Below are positions 63,561-64,000 of a stretch of 64,000 nucleotides of DNA, one piece after another. Within the stretch, counting starts at the first letter, position 1. Each line of letters starts with the position of its first letter. The position numbers and the translations under genes are program-made. The DNA is from Azolla caroliniana (Eukaryota > Plantae > Polypodiophyta): positions 14,322,001 to 14,386,000 of the forward strand of contig JBHGNT010000006.1 of the NCBI GenBank assembly GCA_043228905.1. Reading direction: 5' to 3'. The notes beneath the pieces were generated by a model. That model ran no database searches. It saw nothing but the letters and a program-made list of their open reading frames with translations, and was not told the DNA's origin.

Positions 63561-63830
63561 ATACGTAATCGAGGTATATACCTCTACGCACACGAAACAT
63601 CCACAAATAAGAGATCATCGTAATACGCAATTGAGGTATTGACCTCTTACGCATACGAGACCAAACGCATATCCTTTACAACAAATCAAGGTATTAAACT
63701 CATACGCAAACGTAACATATGTTCGTGAACGTAATACGTAATTGAGGTATTAACCTCGTACGCATACGACACTCATCACATATTATTTATATGTCAAACG
63801 AGGTATTGACCTCGTGCACATATGTAAACG
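63561..63830. repeat. Five regularly spaced palindromic repeats (GAGGTATTRACCTC core) in the gypsy H 5' leader
   Basis: Cores at 63571, 63633, 63688, 63744 and 63800. Confidence 0.8.
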
Positions 63831-64000
63831 TTTTAGATAATCAATTAAAGACCATTACAACATCATTGACTTAATGAAAAAAAATGACATATAAACTAAA
63901 CACATGATTAGATGGGAGAAGAGAGAATAGAAAAAAAAATTACGGAAAGAGTTACCGAAGTTCTTTGTTGATCGTTGTCTAGATCAAGGCCGACTGCACA

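Larger units (their letters stand above)
57536..64000 (-). mobile_element. Degenerate Ty3/gypsy chromovirus H; 3' LTR 57536-57972; 5' LTR outside the window
   Basis: PPT AAAGAAGGGGAG next to TGTTACG; gag 62383-61330; PR, FLDD RT, RH, IN and a group-II-like chromodomain (PERIL..IKW...A.WE). Confidence 0.9.

Noticed and set aside
63561-63830. True CRISPR array
   Set aside because: Eukaryotic retroelement context, no cas genes, degenerate repeats and partly related spacers; kept only as a repeat-array finding.

Overview
Eukaryotic land-plant genomic DNA (a seed-free plant such as a fern is my guess, not established), made almost entirely of nested LTR retrotransposons around one host gene. Bases 1-26 kb are an Athila-like Ty3/gypsy element (gag, pol and an extra 3' ORF) hit three times by a young Tork/Tto1-like Ty1/copia family. 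One copia copy is itself interrupted by a complete chromodomain-bearing gypsy element (13009-18680). Bases 26-45 kb hold older gypsy and copia relics, an 800-bp hAT-type MITE, a complete copia of another family and three solo LTRs, most with readable target-site duplications (TSDs). A spliced kinase-like (probably pseudokinase) host gene lies at 49700-53290 on the minus strand, followed by LINE, copia and chromovirus relics. The most unusual signals are: (i) antisense tRNA-like RNA polymerase III A/B-box cassettes in the U3 of two different LTR families; (ii) tRNA-independent self-priming architecture and a -1 frameshift stem-loop/pseudoknot in the chromovirus; (iii) a conserved accessory ORF in two diverged Athila-like elements; (iv) a regularly spaced palindromic repeat array in a gypsy 5' leader. 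All calls were made by eye; no searches were run.
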